Shown: positions 13,420 through 27,544 of the stretch, piece after piece | Position numbering within the stretch: the stretch's first letter is position 1 | Layout: each line of letters opens with the position of its first letter | Assembly: GCF_006345805.1 (NCBI RefSeq) | Contig: NC_043008.1 | Coordinates: 43,152,001-43,216,000 of the forward strand | DNA: 64,000 bases | Direction: 5' to 3' | From: Octopus sinensis | Taxonomy: Eukaryota | Made by a program: the position numbers and the translations under genes | Notes under the pieces: generated by a model | Databases searched by the model: none | Seen by the model: the letters and a program-made list of their open reading frames with translations, nothing else | What the model was told of the DNA's origin: nothing

Positions 13420-14184
13420 ATATATATATATCTATATATATATAATAATATGTATGTATGTATATATATAATATATATATACACACACTCACGCACACAT
13501 ATATGATGATTAATAAGTAATATAATATAATATATATATATACATGCATATATAGGTACAGGGCGTCACCAATGGAGGACAGAACAAGTAAACACAGAGA
13601 AAGAACCCTTCATCAGTTGGTTGTTTATCTACTCCTCATTTCGAGCATTCAACGACAGTGTGTATGATCTATAACACATATGGTTATAGTTTATACACAT
13701 CTAGACCCAACACTATCTTAGAATGTTTATATATTATGTATATCTGAATATGTGACACTCACTCCACCCAGTCTTCTGTGACAGCATAACATTCTTCTGA
13801 TGGATTCTTTCTTCGAACAGAGGAGAACAGTAATATGTAATTAATTTAATCATAATTACATTAACTTTTTACAATGTTATTTACATATTAATATTACCGT
13901 TCGAAACGATCGTATGCATAGATGAAATTTTAAAAACTTATAACACTTCTCTTCTCCATCTTAAATTGTTTGTTGAGTTTCTTTAGGATATCTGTTCTAT
14001 AAACGCTTATAACACACTTTATACTTGTAACGTTTTCATATTCGAAAAATTCTTACCACAGTAAACTACCAATGGTATATGAAGAATCTTTATTAGAAAT
14101 TTACTTCTGGAACCCCACCAAAGTAAAGGATGATATGGAACTCAACCTTTTCTCACATATATTTCTCTCTCTATATATATATGG

Positions 14185-14455
14185 ATTTATTCTTTTATTC
14201 TTTTACATACTTCAGTCATTTGACTGCGGCCACGCTGGAGCACTGCATTTAGTCGAATAAATCGACCTCAGGATTTATTCTTTGGAAGTCTAATACTTAT
14301 TCTATCGGTCTCTTTTGCCGAACCGTTAAGTTGCGGGGACTTAAACACGCCAGCCTCGCTTGTCAAGCGATGTTGGGGGAACAAGCACCAGCACACAAAC
14401 ATACACACTCACACAGACAAACACACACACATATACACGACGGGCTTATTTCATT
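14185..14455 (-). mobile_element. SINE family B 3' half
   Basis: TTCAGTCATTTGACTGCGGCCACGCTGGAGCAC...TACTTATTCTATCGGTCTCTTTTGCCGAACCG. Confidence 0.85.
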
Positions 14456-14554
14456 ATATATATATGCATGTGTGTATATAATATATATTTATGTATATAA
14501 TATATATATATAAATATATAGATATATATACATATATACATATATATATGTGTG

Positions 14555-14596
<42 letters not shown>

Positions 14597-14919
14597 CATA
14601 CATACACAGACACACAGACACACACACACACATATATACGTGCGTATATGTGTGTGTGACTGTGTATGAGTGTATGCACGTGCACACGCATATTCCTGTT
14701 TGTAGAGTCTCTATATGAATAGACTCGTACACACACGCATACACGCAAGCTAAGACATACACACACATACACACACAGGCACACACTTCTGATAAATATG
14801 TTCGTGAATATAATAGAAGCATTTCTATTATAATAGTATGATAACGACATTGATTCTTGAAAGCATCTCGAGAACTCCAATGCTTGCTGCTTAAAACTAA
14901 ATTATTATTGTTGTTGTTG

Positions 14920-14958
<39 letters not shown>

Positions 14959-15630
14959 TATTATTATTATTTTATTAGTATTAGTAGTAGTAGTAGTAGT
15001 AGTAGTAATAGTAGTTTTCCTTCATTTTCTCGTTGATGATCTTGTTAACACTGGATCGTTTAACTGATCGCCTGTCAAGTTATGTAACCTCAGACAGACA
15101 ATCCATTCTGCAGGATATTCGCTGTTTCCATCACTGAAAAGGAAAGTTTACATGGAGAGAGAGAGAGAGAAAATGAGAGATGGAGGAGGGGAGAGAGAGG
15201 TGCTGTCCTCTAGTAAATTTATTGAAAAGTGGACGAGTGTCGAAAAGGGCAAGAGTGGATGGTACCGCTCTAAGTGTAGGTCTGTGAGTCAGAGAAAAGG
15301 AATGGAGGGGAGTTGCCCTTGGTGTTCAGGGATATCTTCGACATCAGGATTCCTTTGTTATCCTTTGATGTCCTCCTGTATCACTACTATGCTTTAACCT
15401 ATTCTTCTTCTGTCTTACTCTTGTATACGATGTATTCCTCCCCTCTTTCTATTATTGTATACATTCCCTTTTTTATAAAAAATCATTTCATTATACGTAA
15501 ATCTCTATACTTTATGTCTGTCTTTGTATTGAACCCCTCATCCTTCGCCCTGGTGGCATATAAAAGAAATCATAATCATCATCAGCATCATCATCATCAT
15601 CCATCATCATCATCATCATCATCATCATTA

Positions 15631-15675
<45 letters not shown>

Positions 15676-15680
15676 TATTT

Positions 15681-16022
15681 AAGGCGATGGGAGCTGGCTG
15701 AAACGTTAGCACGCCGGGCGAAAAGCTTAGCGGTATTCAAATTCCGCCGAGGTCGACTTTGCCTTTCATCCTTTCGGGGTCGATTAAATAAGTACCAGTT
15801 ACGCACTGGGGTCGATATAATCGACTTAATCCGTTTGTCTGTCCTTGTTTGTCCTCTCTGTGTTTAGCCCCTTGTGGGTGGTAAAGAAATAGAAATAGGT
15901 ATTTCCTCTGTCTTTACGTTCTGAGTTAAAATTCCGTGAAATACGATGAAATCGACTAGTCCCATTTCTCCATATTTCAGGCCTTGTGCCTATAGTAGAA
16001 AGGATTATCATTATTATTATTA
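15681..16022 (+). mobile_element. SINE family A copy plus a second partial copy
   Basis: AAATTCCGCCGAGGTCGACTTTGCCTTTCATCCTTTCGGGGTCGAT; preceded by (ATT)n and ends GGCCTTGTGCCTATAGTAGAAAGG-(ATT)n. Confidence 0.85.
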
Positions 16023-16971
16023 GTCCTGCTCTCTTGTTTCATGGAACTGCTGTTTCTTCCGATATAATTATGTTTTCTACCGAGCGTTAACTCATAGTCT
16101 ACAGAGAGGAGCATTTTGTACCTTCTGCTCTTTATATCTGCTTTTACAATGTATTGAAGAACTTTCGAGTAATCCTTGCTGAACTTAGCGGCCATGTCTT
16201 CTACACTGCATCTGCATCCAGGATGACAACAAATTTTTTAAAGCTTGGTTCACAACTCATTCGTCACTGTTCCTAAAATTTCAATATTAACCAATGAATA
16301 TCATGACTATATTAACATCTTCCAGCACCTGAAGTGTATTTCAAGCTTAGAATATTTTTCCTTTTCTTTTCCCATTCTTTTTACTCTGGTGTCAAATGTA
16401 TAAGCCACATCGATCAAAATATAGAGTTTCTTTATGTTCCAGTCAACGACTACAAAATCTAGCGTGTTGCATTTTATCTTTTCCATTTCAAGAGAAAAAC
16501 CACACTAAAATCTCATTTGTTTTCGACCGTTTGAATTTTTGTTCCCACACAATAATTATACCTTGCTACGGTTCATGCAAAACCAAATTACCTGCAAAAA
16601 TTCCAGGTATTTGATGTAACAATCTTACCAAACTTACACATTTTGTATTCATTCTGAGCTAATTATGAACCTTCTGACACTGGAATTCAAGTACCACCTA
16701 AAGGCTTGTTCTCCTAGTGTCAAACACTCATGGTCGTAAAGCTGTTAAGCGAAACTTGACTCTACTCGGCATTGAGTCACCTCGTCACCAAATATTCTCA
16801 TATTATGCTTAAACTAATAGCATTAGGATTACTCTGTCAGATGCTTATTTATTTACATGGCTCTGTATTAATCATGCATTAGCTCATAACTTTGACATTT
16901 CAATGATGTGATTGTTTATTTTAAGAAGGACATTGTAGTATAATTGTGAAATGCTGGATCTGGGTGGTTTG

Positions 16972-17033
<62 letters not shown>

Positions 17034-17034
<1 letters not shown>

Positions 17035-17150
17035 GACAAAGAGCCTAGGCTCGAATCGTAAAAGACTTTTCCATTCTTCCCGAGCGTTAAACTAATACAC
17101 CTGTTTGTTGTTTCTACATCTGTCTTCGACTTCTGTTTTTTTGTTTGTCT
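17034..17150 (+). mobile_element. family H1 copy b, 5'-truncated
   Basis: GAGCCTAGGCTCGAATCGTAAAAGACTTT...GAGCGTTAAACTAATACA directly after (TA)n. Confidence 0.7.
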
Positions 17151-17403
17151 TTGTTACAAAAGGGTCTAATGCTTTTAGCTTAGACTTTTTGGGGAGCAAC
17201 CATATCGAACTATCTCAAGTGTAACTGTCCGAAATGGTCGTGATTTCTGGTATTTGACTGATGAAAGAAAGCCAAGAACAACCCCTCTCTTTTTGGCCTG
17301 TCCTAATTGCTGTTTCTCTTGTCCGCCTTTGTATTGTCTATCTTTTCGAACGTTTTAATGCCCCATATATATATATATATATATATGATATATATATATA
17401 TAT

Positions 17404-17453
<50 letters not shown>

Positions 17454-18436
17454 ATGTATATATGATCAGTGGCTGGTTTATGCTTCAGTAACATTAAATC
17501 TAATAGTTTTTCGCTATAATTGATTCTTCAGCTACAGGTAAAGCTTTAAATCACCCACTGCGCCATTAGTGTCTGATTGCCAAAAATCTTGGAAATTTCA
17601 TCAGAATATCTGATTCCAGATTTTATATCTTACTCCTCTTACATACATACCTACCTACCAACCAACATACATACATAATACATACATACATACATACATA
17701 CATACATACATACATACATACATACATTCATACATACATACATACATACATACATACACACATAAATAGACATCATGTATACATATATATATATTTATAT
17801 ATATATAATGCCATTTGTAAAACACTTCTACATGTACTGTAACATATGATAGCATGCCAGACATTTGTCTGTTAATTTTCCTTGACAATTCATTGAAATA
17901 TCAGTCGTTAATCATTAATCATAAAGCCACAAGTCATTCAGACGCCTTTTGATTAAACGTAATTCCTTAATTAGATGCGTTTGTCATCGTTTATTAATTA
18001 TACTCTTACGCAGAATAAACTCTGGTCAAACGTTTTGGCAACCTTAACCATCCTATTTGTTTAGTATATCTACTACTAAAGTGGCGAATAAATTTTTTCA
18101 GGCTGTTTCGTGATTTGAGGGAGATTTGGTTGTTATTTTTAACACTTTGGACGACTACATATCCTACTATCATGACATTGTTCCATTATAAATATCTGAA
18201 ATGTTTATTTAAATTGCTTTCTGCCTAAAAACCATCTTAATTTTTTTCTCTGTCAAAACCGACTACATTCTTCCAACTGCGACTCTTTTATCAATCATTT
18301 TAAATCCGTCTAATAATGGTAGAAACGTTAGAGACCAAAATGACATACGATTCTCATATGATGCCTCAGGGCCTGAGATCAAATCTTGGTGGAAGAGGTC
18401 GAATACATTTATGCATATTTCCTACAGTACCGGCAA

Positions 18437-18536
18437 NNNNNNNNNNNNNNNNNNNNNNNNNNNNNNNNNNNNNNNNNNNNNNNNNNNNNNNNNNNNNNNN
18501 NNNNNNNNNNNNNNNNNNNNNNNNNNNNNNNNNNNN
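18437..18536. other. assembly gap (100 N)
   Basis: exactly 100 N, a common placeholder for a gap of unknown size. Confidence 0.99.
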
Positions 18537-18744
18537 ATTTACAATAGGCTGTTAAAAATGATAGTATTTTCGCGGTTTGTAAGCTGAATGAAGAAGAAGA
18601 AGAAGAGTGGGCGAGCTGCAACGATGCTTCAAACAGCGCGCATTGCTGTGAATGGACCAGGTGCTTCGGTGGGGGTGGGGGGTGGAGGAGAAGAAGAAGG
18701 TCGGCGTGGAATATTATTATACAACTACATAACACAAACACTAA

Positions 18745-18784
<40 letters not shown>

Positions 18785-19828
18785 ACTCTCTATCTCTCTT
18801 TCTTCTCCCTTTTCTCCTCATCTCTCATTCTCCATCTCCAAAAGGGTTTGTGAATAAATACATTGTACTAATACTAATACTGCGCCTACCTTGCACAATA
18901 CTTTCTTTGTCTTACTTTCAGGGTTTATTTATCCCCTCTCTCTCTCTCTCACACCTCTTCATCTCTCCTTTCTTCTCTTCTCTCTTCCGCTTTCTCTCCC
19001 TCTCCGTCTCTCAATCTCTCTCATTCAGCCGTTCTTTGAGTTTCTATCTGTCCCTCTCTCACTCTCTCTCTACACACACATACACACACAAGTTAACATT
19101 ATATATATATATATATATATATACACCTACAACCTATACACCTGCATTATTGAAAAGCACATCATACATTCACACAAACACCCACACATACATGGTCATA
19201 GCACCGACTACCCTTTAGGTCACTGTGTACTCTCGGTAGCCGCACATCTTGTTCAGAAGCAATAAAAATCTACCGTCCCCGTTCGTGGACCAAGCTACTC
19301 TGTGTATGTCTTCTCTCTTGTATCTGTCTTGTATTTAAGCGTCCCCCTACATATTCCATTCACCGTTTCACTCATGGAATATTTTGAAAATATCTCTCTA
19401 AGACAGTTATTATTTCTCGGTGATATATACAATGCCCAATTCATTTCCTTCTTCGTGGTTGATGTGTATTGCAATCTTTCATAATAACAGTAACGAGGAC
19501 GTACATACATACACACATATATACGTAAGTACATACATACACACATACATACATACATACATACATACATACATACATACATACATACATACGTACATGC
19601 ATACGTACATGCATACACACACATACTGTAAGAGCGTGAGAGTAGCTAGACAAAGCTACCTGTCTTTAGTTCAACGGCGACTGAAGGTGTGACTAGTCTG
19701 AGAAGCTTCTAGATGTCCCGCGACTTAACTTGAAATAATAAATATTCCATATTGACTGGTTGAGGTAGAGTATATTTACGCTCTATTTTCTTCCGGTTTG
19801 CTTAACTCTCAGAGGCATAAAGTCACAT

Positions 19829-19875
<47 letters not shown>

Positions 19876-20720
19876 ACACACACACACACACACAACACAC
19901 ACACATCAGACACTCAATTAAGCGCTGAATGCAGAAACAGCTGTTAGTTCGTAATATAACCATTTTTTCTCCTGTGTCATCGCTTTTCTTTATTACCGCT
20001 CTATACTTGTCTAACACTTTGTTTTGAAACATGCGTATATTTAGTTCTACTCCAGGTTATTAGTCGCACCATTATTTAGCGAAATATAGATATAAATATG
20101 CGTGTGTGTTTGTGTGTTGTGTGTGTTCACGCGTTTGTGTGTCTGCATACGGCCTGGATGACTTTAAAACCTGCAGCCTTTGCCCTTAGTCGTGGTTCGG
20201 AGGTTCCAGGGATTTTGAGAGATGTGAAAGCACAACTTAGCCAATAGTGTTCTCAGAATTACTGGGACTCGGAGTTGTAGCACACGTCAGGGTCCCAGTA
20301 ATAAGCTAATTAGCATATTAGGGATCGCCTACCTGTACACGTGAAGACTGTCTATGATGGTGTCTGTGGACGAAACCGTCAAAGATCAAGGGAGGGGGAG
20401 GTAGTTGTGGTGGCGTATTGAGAGCAAGATGAGCAAAACAAGATGTCTAATTCCACCACATAGACATGTACCGTATCCATGCCCTCTCATCTTCATTTGG
20501 TCTTGCCATTTGTTTGAAGATGTTCACGGGCGAAATAGCATGGTTGACGGTGCACAAATCTACTTCACTTTAAACAATGTCACGACGCCGGTCATCAGTC
20601 ATCTTTAAGAATGACCAGATGGTTTTCGTCGGCCCGACGGACGAGTATGGTGATATACGTATATGTACGGATATATGCATATATATATATATATAAATGT
20701 ATTTATGTATATATCAATCA

Positions 20721-20850
20721 AAATAAACAACAAGGATATCCAGAGGTAATGCAGTACGATCGTTTCATGCAACTCCATTTAACTGAACTTAAATGGAGTT
20801 GCATGAAACGATTGTACTGCATTACCTCTGGATAACCATGTTGCTTATTT
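20721..20850. repeat. near-perfect inverted repeat (hairpin)
   Basis: 20737-20782 pairs with 20789-20834 (46 bp, one G:T), loop CTGAAC; extends to ~62 bp with 3 mismatches. Confidence 0.95.
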
Positions 20851-20934
20851 TACTTTTAATCACTACTTTGAAATTGTATGGATAATACCGTACTAAATTC
20901 TGGTTTCAACTTAAGTACCATATTCATCTGAATA

Positions 20935-21017
<83 letters not shown>

Positions 21018-21024
21018 ATGTATG

Positions 21025-21063
<39 letters not shown>

Positions 21064-21467
21064 TATGTATATATATATACACCACACACAATATAACGGG
21101 TTTAGTTCACTGCTGATCTAGACAAATAGGTACGCTTTGTAAGTGCTATACTTGGTCATCCATTAGGTTCCAAGTTCTTAGCTGAAGCGTGCAGCCAGGA
21201 TCTCTAGCAGGGTTCCGAGATAGCAGGTATATATTAAAGGAAAAAAGAACAACAAAACCAAAGCAGAGCATATAGTGGTACGTAAGCCGGACTCAAGAAA
21301 TCTCTAGTGAAGCTTTTTACTCATCATCCATTTATACATTTTGTACAATTTCTACCATACATCTATATATATATATATATACTATATATATATATATATA
21401 TATGAATGTCTATATACATAATTCTAAAGTGTGCTCGAAGGCAGGCATTTTAGCAAAAGTTTGGTCT

Positions 21468-21501
<34 letters not shown>

Positions 21502-21879
21502 GATTTCAAATCGCATCAAAGTTAGTTTGCTTTATATGCCTCCAGGGACGATTGCAGGGCATTGTATTCGCAACATTACTGGAGTTTTGTAGGGGTTACA
21601 TTGCGCTATCGCTACCTGCTTTGTGATCTGCTGTAATGGTAATATACTCCATGATGCCAATGTGTGACCAATTTTCCATCTCTTGGACAAAATCAATGAT
21701 GTGGAGAGGGGAAATTCGCATACATGGGTAACTAGTGGGATAAGAAAAAAAGAGTCTTGCTTAAGTCTGTGCTTTGGGAAGGAACTTTGTAAGGTTTAGA
21801 AACAATTGCTCAGCCTTGAACAAGGCCGGCCAGTATACATACATACATACATACATACATACATACATACATACATACT

Positions 21880-21938
<59 letters not shown>

Positions 21939-21956
21939 TATATATATATATTATCT

Positions 21957-22151
21957 ATTGCTTGTTTCAGTCATTAGACTGTGGCCATGGTGGGGCATTG
22001 TCTTGAAGGAATTTAGTCGAACGAAGTGTCCTAGTACCTATTGCTTTTTGATTTTTGGTGAAGCCTGGTACTTACTGTAACCGCTAAGTTATGGGAATAT
22101 AAACACACCAACACCGGTAGTCAAACACAAACACAACAGTGCACACACACA

Positions 22152-22194
<43 letters not shown>

Positions 22195-22340
22195 CAGGTT
22201 TCTTTCAGTTTCCGTCTCACAAATCCGCTCACAAGGCTATGGTCGGCCAGTGGCCATAGTAGAAGACACTTGCTTAAGATGTTACGAACTGGGAGTGAAC
22301 CTGAAACCATATGGTTCGGAAGCAAGCTTCCTGCCACACG
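21957..22340 (-). mobile_element. SINE family B, near full length with internal (CA)n
   Basis: TTTCTTTCAGTTTCCGTC..CAAATCC.CTCACAAGGCT...TAGTAGAAGACACTTGC and family 3' end. Confidence 0.85.
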
Positions 22341-22374
22341 CGCGCGCACACACACATCCATCCATCCACACATA

Positions 22375-22584
22375 CAAGGGGTCGCTGAAAAGTTCCTGGC
22401 TTTGAGCAAAAGAAAATACAGGAGGATCAGTTATTTTATTTAACATGTTCCCCTCTCAGATTCGCACATTTATTGCAGTGGTCCTTCGGGTTTTCTAATC
22501 CCTTTAAAAGAACTCAGAAGTTTGGGCCTCCAGTCAGGCTTTTCGCAACACTCTTAAAACCAGGAACTTTACAGCATACCCTAG
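22375..22584. mobile_element. Tc1/mariner-type MITE with TA TSD
   Basis: TIRs CAAGGGGTCGCTGAAAAGTTCCTGGCTTT / rc CTAGGGTATGCTGTAAAGTTCCTGGTTTT, both flanked by TA. Confidence 0.8.
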
Positions 22585-24325
22585 TATATATGTATATATA
22601 TATGTATTGATGTATATATGTTTGTGTGTATTAGTGTGTATACATATGTTTAATGTATGTTTACTGCTATATGCGATCGTGTGTGCAGGGGTTAGCGTGT
22701 GTGTATGGGATTGTGTATCACGCAAGATTAGATTCCTTGGTATAGCATTTGATAGACAAATACATTGTCAAACAGATATATCAGGATATTCCTGTTCCGT
22801 CTTATTTATCCATCTGTCTACAGAGAGTTGACGGGTAGATAAAGCGTTACAGGAACTTTACCGTTTGTGCTCCCACAAAGAAAAAACCCTAAAAATCAAA
22901 GCAAAAGATGTTTTGGGTGTAAATATAATAAAAATAGAATGGTTGTATACTGTCAATCTAACGTGAATGTGACAGTAGTAGGGGGTTACACCACCGCTGT
23001 TTAGCCCTAGGAAGCATCGATGCCTCCTGATGGCTTTGACACATTTTTTCCTGTGTCCTTATATACATTTACGAAAGGGGAAAACATCGCAATTGCAAAA
23101 TCCGAAACGACAGACACCTGGGCTGTAACTGAATATAAATTATATTCATCATCATTTAAAATAAATTTTTAAAAAGTGAACGATAAACTTTAGATTTGGG
23201 TAAACGAATAGAAGAGGTGTCCAACCGGGTTCGAAACGGGATCCAATAGACCGCAGGGTGAGAGGATTATTTCTTACAAAGCAGATTTCTCGCCAGCGCT
23301 ATTTGAAATATCGATTTTATAACCTGTTGATATGTTGCTTATGTAGCTGTCTAATGGAGTTGTGTGCTAGCGGTGTTGTTTGTTGGCGGTGAAGGTGACG
23401 GCGGAGTGTCGTGTTATTGTTGTGGTGATGGTGATGGTGGTGGTACGACTATTGTGGACTGTTGTGGTTGTATTAGTGGTGGTGGTGGTGGTGGTGGCAG
23501 TTTTCTGTTGTGACATTCAGTGCTGTTGTACTCGGTTGTTATTCTGTTGTGATCGTTGCTTGAATACTGTTGTGTTGTGGTATTGAGTAGCGTTGGTACT
23601 GGTGTGTGTGGGTGTTGTTGTTGTTGTTGCGGCGGTAGTGCTATCGTGTGTTGCAGTGTGGAGTGGTGGTAGTGGTAGAGGTAGTGGCAGTGTTTGTGTT
23701 ATTGCTTTTTGAGGTGGTGGTGGTGGTGCTGGCGATGTCTAGGTTGTGTTGAGCAGTTGCGTGGTGATGATGGTGGTGGTGGTGGTAGTAGAGGTGGTTG
23801 TGGTGGGGACTATAGTAGTGCTGTTATTGGCGGTGGTGGTGGTGGTTGTAGTGGTAGTGTCTGTGCCGCTGATTCTCGTGGTGGGGTGCTGTGGAGTCAC
23901 ATTGATTAATGTTGCTCTGCCACTGTTGATGCTATTTAACCTCAGGTCAGCCCTATCACCAAAGGCGTTCCAGCCGTGGCATGACCACTCTTTATTCAGA
24001 CATAGTACCTCCATGAAAGTGTATATAAATGTATACAAGTATGTATGTATGTTTGTATGTATGTATGTATGTATGTGTATATGTAAGTATGTATGTAAGT
24101 ATGTGTATGTATATATGTATGTATGCATGTGTATGTATGTGTGTATGTATGTGTGTATGTATGTGTGTATGTATGTGTATGTATATATATATATGTATGT
24201 GCCTATGTATGTACCTATGTATGTATGTATGTTTGTATTTATGTGTGTGTATATATGTATGTGTGTGTATGTATATATGTATGTGTGTATGTATGTATAT
24301 ATGTGTGTGTGCATGCATATATATA

Positions 24326-24357
<32 letters not shown>

Positions 24358-24361
<4 letters not shown>

Positions 24362-24922
24362 GCCATAGCTGTGTTGTAGTGCTGACACGCTGTGTGGGCG
24401 TATTGTGACGTGAGCGCGGTTGGTGTCTCTCTCCGATGTTGTGTCGGTGCAAAGCGGTTCAGTGTTTGTCTTGGTGTGTGTTACTATACAGATTTAGAGT
24501 ATACAGCGACGATGTGGTAGTATAACACATCCTCCAGTATGCTCTGACAACGTGGTGTACGCGCGCGTGTGAGTGTGTGTGTGCGTGTATGCATAGAGGG
24601 ATTATGTGTTGGTGTGTGTCTGACGTGTGTGTGTGTGTGGTACTGCCATAGCTGTGTTGTAGTGCTGACACGCTGTGTGGCGTATTGTGACGTGAGCGTC
24701 GGTTGGTGTCTCTCTCCGATGTTGTGTCGGTGCAAAGCGGTTCAGTGTTTGTCTTGGTGGTGTTACTATACGAGATTTAGAGTATACAGCGACGATGTGG
24801 TAGTATAAACACATCCTCGTATGCTCTGACACGTGTGTACGCGCGCGTGTGAGTGTGTGTGTGCGTGTATGCATAGAGGATGATGTATGTGTTGGTGTGT
24901 TCTGACGTGTGTGTGTGTGTGG
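24358..24922. repeat. tandem duplication, ~283-bp unit x2
   Basis: TACTGCCATAGCTGTGTTGTAGTGCTGACACGC starts at 24358 and 24641. Confidence 0.95.
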
Positions 24923-25079
24923 TGATGCTATGATGCAGGGATAGCTTACTGCTATGTTGTGTTTTGCTGAGATATGAATAATTATGAGGATGTAGCCATG
25001 TGTCTTGCTGTGTGCTGAGTTTATATAACGGAGCTGGTGGTGTTGGTGGCGGGGAAACGTAGCGGTGTAGCGACGCCTA

Positions 25080-25600
25080 CGGTGACGGTTTGGTGTAAGG
25101 ACGTCGTAGAGTAGCGACGTTGTGGTGTGCTAACATCGTAGCGTGGCGGTGTGGAGGTATATTGACGTTGTAGTGAAGTGACGTCGCAGCAGAGTGGTGA
25201 CGTTACATTGTAGAGAGAGTGACGTTGTAGAGAAGTAACATCGTAGCATGGTGACGTTGTAGAATGGTTGCTTCGTGGTTGTAGCAACGTGCTAGTGTTG
25301 TAGAGTGGTGGCGTTGTGCTCTGGTGACATTGTAGTGTGGTGACGTTGTGTTGTAGTTAACGTGCCATTTTCACTTGAGGTGAATTCATCAATTCATCAC
25401 AACCACACCATCTTATACTACAACGTGACCACAACGCAACGTCTATACACTACAACGTAAACACCATCCAACGTCACCACGATGACATTATAATTCAACC
25501 TCACTACACTAGAATGCTAACATTTCACAACGCCAGTTATAGTGCAAATGTCTCAAAAATACCACAACACAACGTCATCACAACAATGCATCAACACAAC
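25080..25600. repeat. degenerate GTGACGTTGTAG minisatellite followed by its reverse complement
   Basis: many GTGACGTTGTAG/GTGACATTGTAG units up to ~25360; CTACAACGT/CAACGTCACC units from ~25415. Confidence 0.7.
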
Positions 25601-26380
25601 ACCCACAACTCAAAATAAACACAACAGGATATAACCACAACACCACCGCCAGACAACATCACAACTGCATCATTTCTCAACACGATGCTGATACCATAAA
25701 ATCGGTGTATATACTTCTACACACACATTCATACATACGCAATTATACATTTTATAATATCATTGAATCTGTTTCGTTTTGTTGCTGCTGGTATTGCTCA
25801 GCCCCGGGTCAACCCTGACAAACAGACAATGAATCAAAGCCATTCTAACCGTGACCAACCCATCATTTATGGCTCTGTAGGATTTAACTATCTCGTGTGT
25901 TGTTTCCCATTTAAAGAGAATAAGGTGTGATTTGAAGTGGATTTGGTTGTTATTTCTAGCAATCCGAAAACTGACATAGGCGCACCAGCATGATTGTTGT
26001 TTTTGATGCTGGGGTTGATGTTGTTGTTATTGTTCATGACATTGCAGTGGACAATGTTGTTGTTTGTTTCTATGCTGCCGTGCCGTTCTTTGTGTTGTAG
26101 CTCATGTTGTTGTTGTTGTTGTTGTTGTTGCTGATGTTGTTGATGTTGATATTTATAACTGGGGTGTTGGCGGTGTGGATGCAAGAGAATTAGACAGACA
26201 GACAGACAGATATATAAATAAACAAATGTGTCGTTAGATTAAAGGATAGGTTGATAGACAGAAAGACTAACACACATATGTAAGTATATACATAGATGCT
26301 AATATAGACTAATAGACAAGCAGATACATACTTACATATGCACACATGCGTACACACACACACACGTGCATATACACACG

Positions 26381-26425
<45 letters not shown>

Positions 26426-26533
26426 CACACACACATGTATGAACGTAGATATTAATATACGGAAAGAAACCGTTAGACAAACAGATAGATAGATAACTAG
26501 GTAGGTAGTTATGTAGGTAGATAAATAGATAGA

Positions 26534-26599
<66 letters not shown>

Positions 26600-26679
26600 C
26601 ATACATACATACATACATACATACATACATACATACATACATAGACATATAGATAAATAGATCGATAGATAACTAGTTG

Positions 26680-26746
<67 letters not shown>

Positions 26747-27544
26747 AAAACGGATGAATAACCATGTAGACAGTATAGTGTACCAGTGTAGACATGTAAT
26801 AAGTATATTCTATAAACTGCAGGTTAACGACAGATACAGTAATATAAATATTTATGAACCACAAATACATAGGAATATAGCAAATAGCAAATAGCAGTGA
26901 TGACTTCGAGCGTCAGTGGTCTCGAACATTGGCAGAAGTCCTGAATTTTGGGGTTGGCAAAGGGAAGCACTTGAGTGAGGCCTTATTTTATCGAACGTAG
27001 CAAGATGAAAAGTAAAATCGACCTCGACGAGATTTGAACTTAAAAGATCAAAAGGCTGTCACATTGAATATTGCACGGCATTGATATTGTCACTCGGTGT
27101 CCGAAGTTCAAATCCTGCCGAGGTCAATTTCACTCGTCTTCTTTTTGAGGTTGATGGCAAAAGTAGTAATCATCAATGGCGGTGAATTGGCAAAACTGTG
27201 ATAACGATGGATCGGATGCTTCGTGGTGTTTGTCCCAGTTCTTCTTGTTCTGAGTTCGAATCTCACGACAGCCTACGTGGCTAGTTGACTAAACTGTCAT
27301 CCAGTTTAGCAGCGCCACTTTGTAGCTTGGGTAGGCGTTTCTCATTGTCCATTATGTTGCAAGCCTTGAAGCCCGGTTTCCGGTTTGAAGGTATCTTTCT
27401 CTCCCCTTCATTTTCACCAGTTTCAGAGGATCTGCAAAGGGGGGCATGGGGTCTGCCAGCCCTCACAATTCAAAGATAGACATTAAAAAAAAGAAGACTA
27501 CATAGCTAAATGCTCTGACGGGTCTACTATTTCCAAGGCCAGAA

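Noticed and set aside
13600-13640. CTGATGA and CGAAA on the minus strand
   Set aside because: Cannot form stems II/III in any hammerhead topology I could draw
15313-15867. 184-aa ORF
   Set aside because: Spans CAT/TAT microsatellites and a SINE A copy
20345-20385. GTC-TGTG-GAC-GAAAC-CGTC hammerhead-like half
   Set aside because: The core CTATGATG does not match and there is no stem I; single occurrence
23739-24452. 220-237 aa ORFs on both strands
   Set aside because: Built from GGT and TATG/TG microsatellites plus a family C repeat fragment
25888-26184. polyQ/polyN-rich ORF resembling an octopus protein exon
   Set aside because: The low-complexity part is (CAA)-type repeat and its C-terminal part runs into the family C repeat (TGCTAGAAATAACAACCAAATCC...)
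27281-27466. ORF ...IMDNEKRLPKLQSG as a host exon
   Set aside because: More similar to a decayed RTE C-terminal (MDxxRLPK) motif; too weak to call either way
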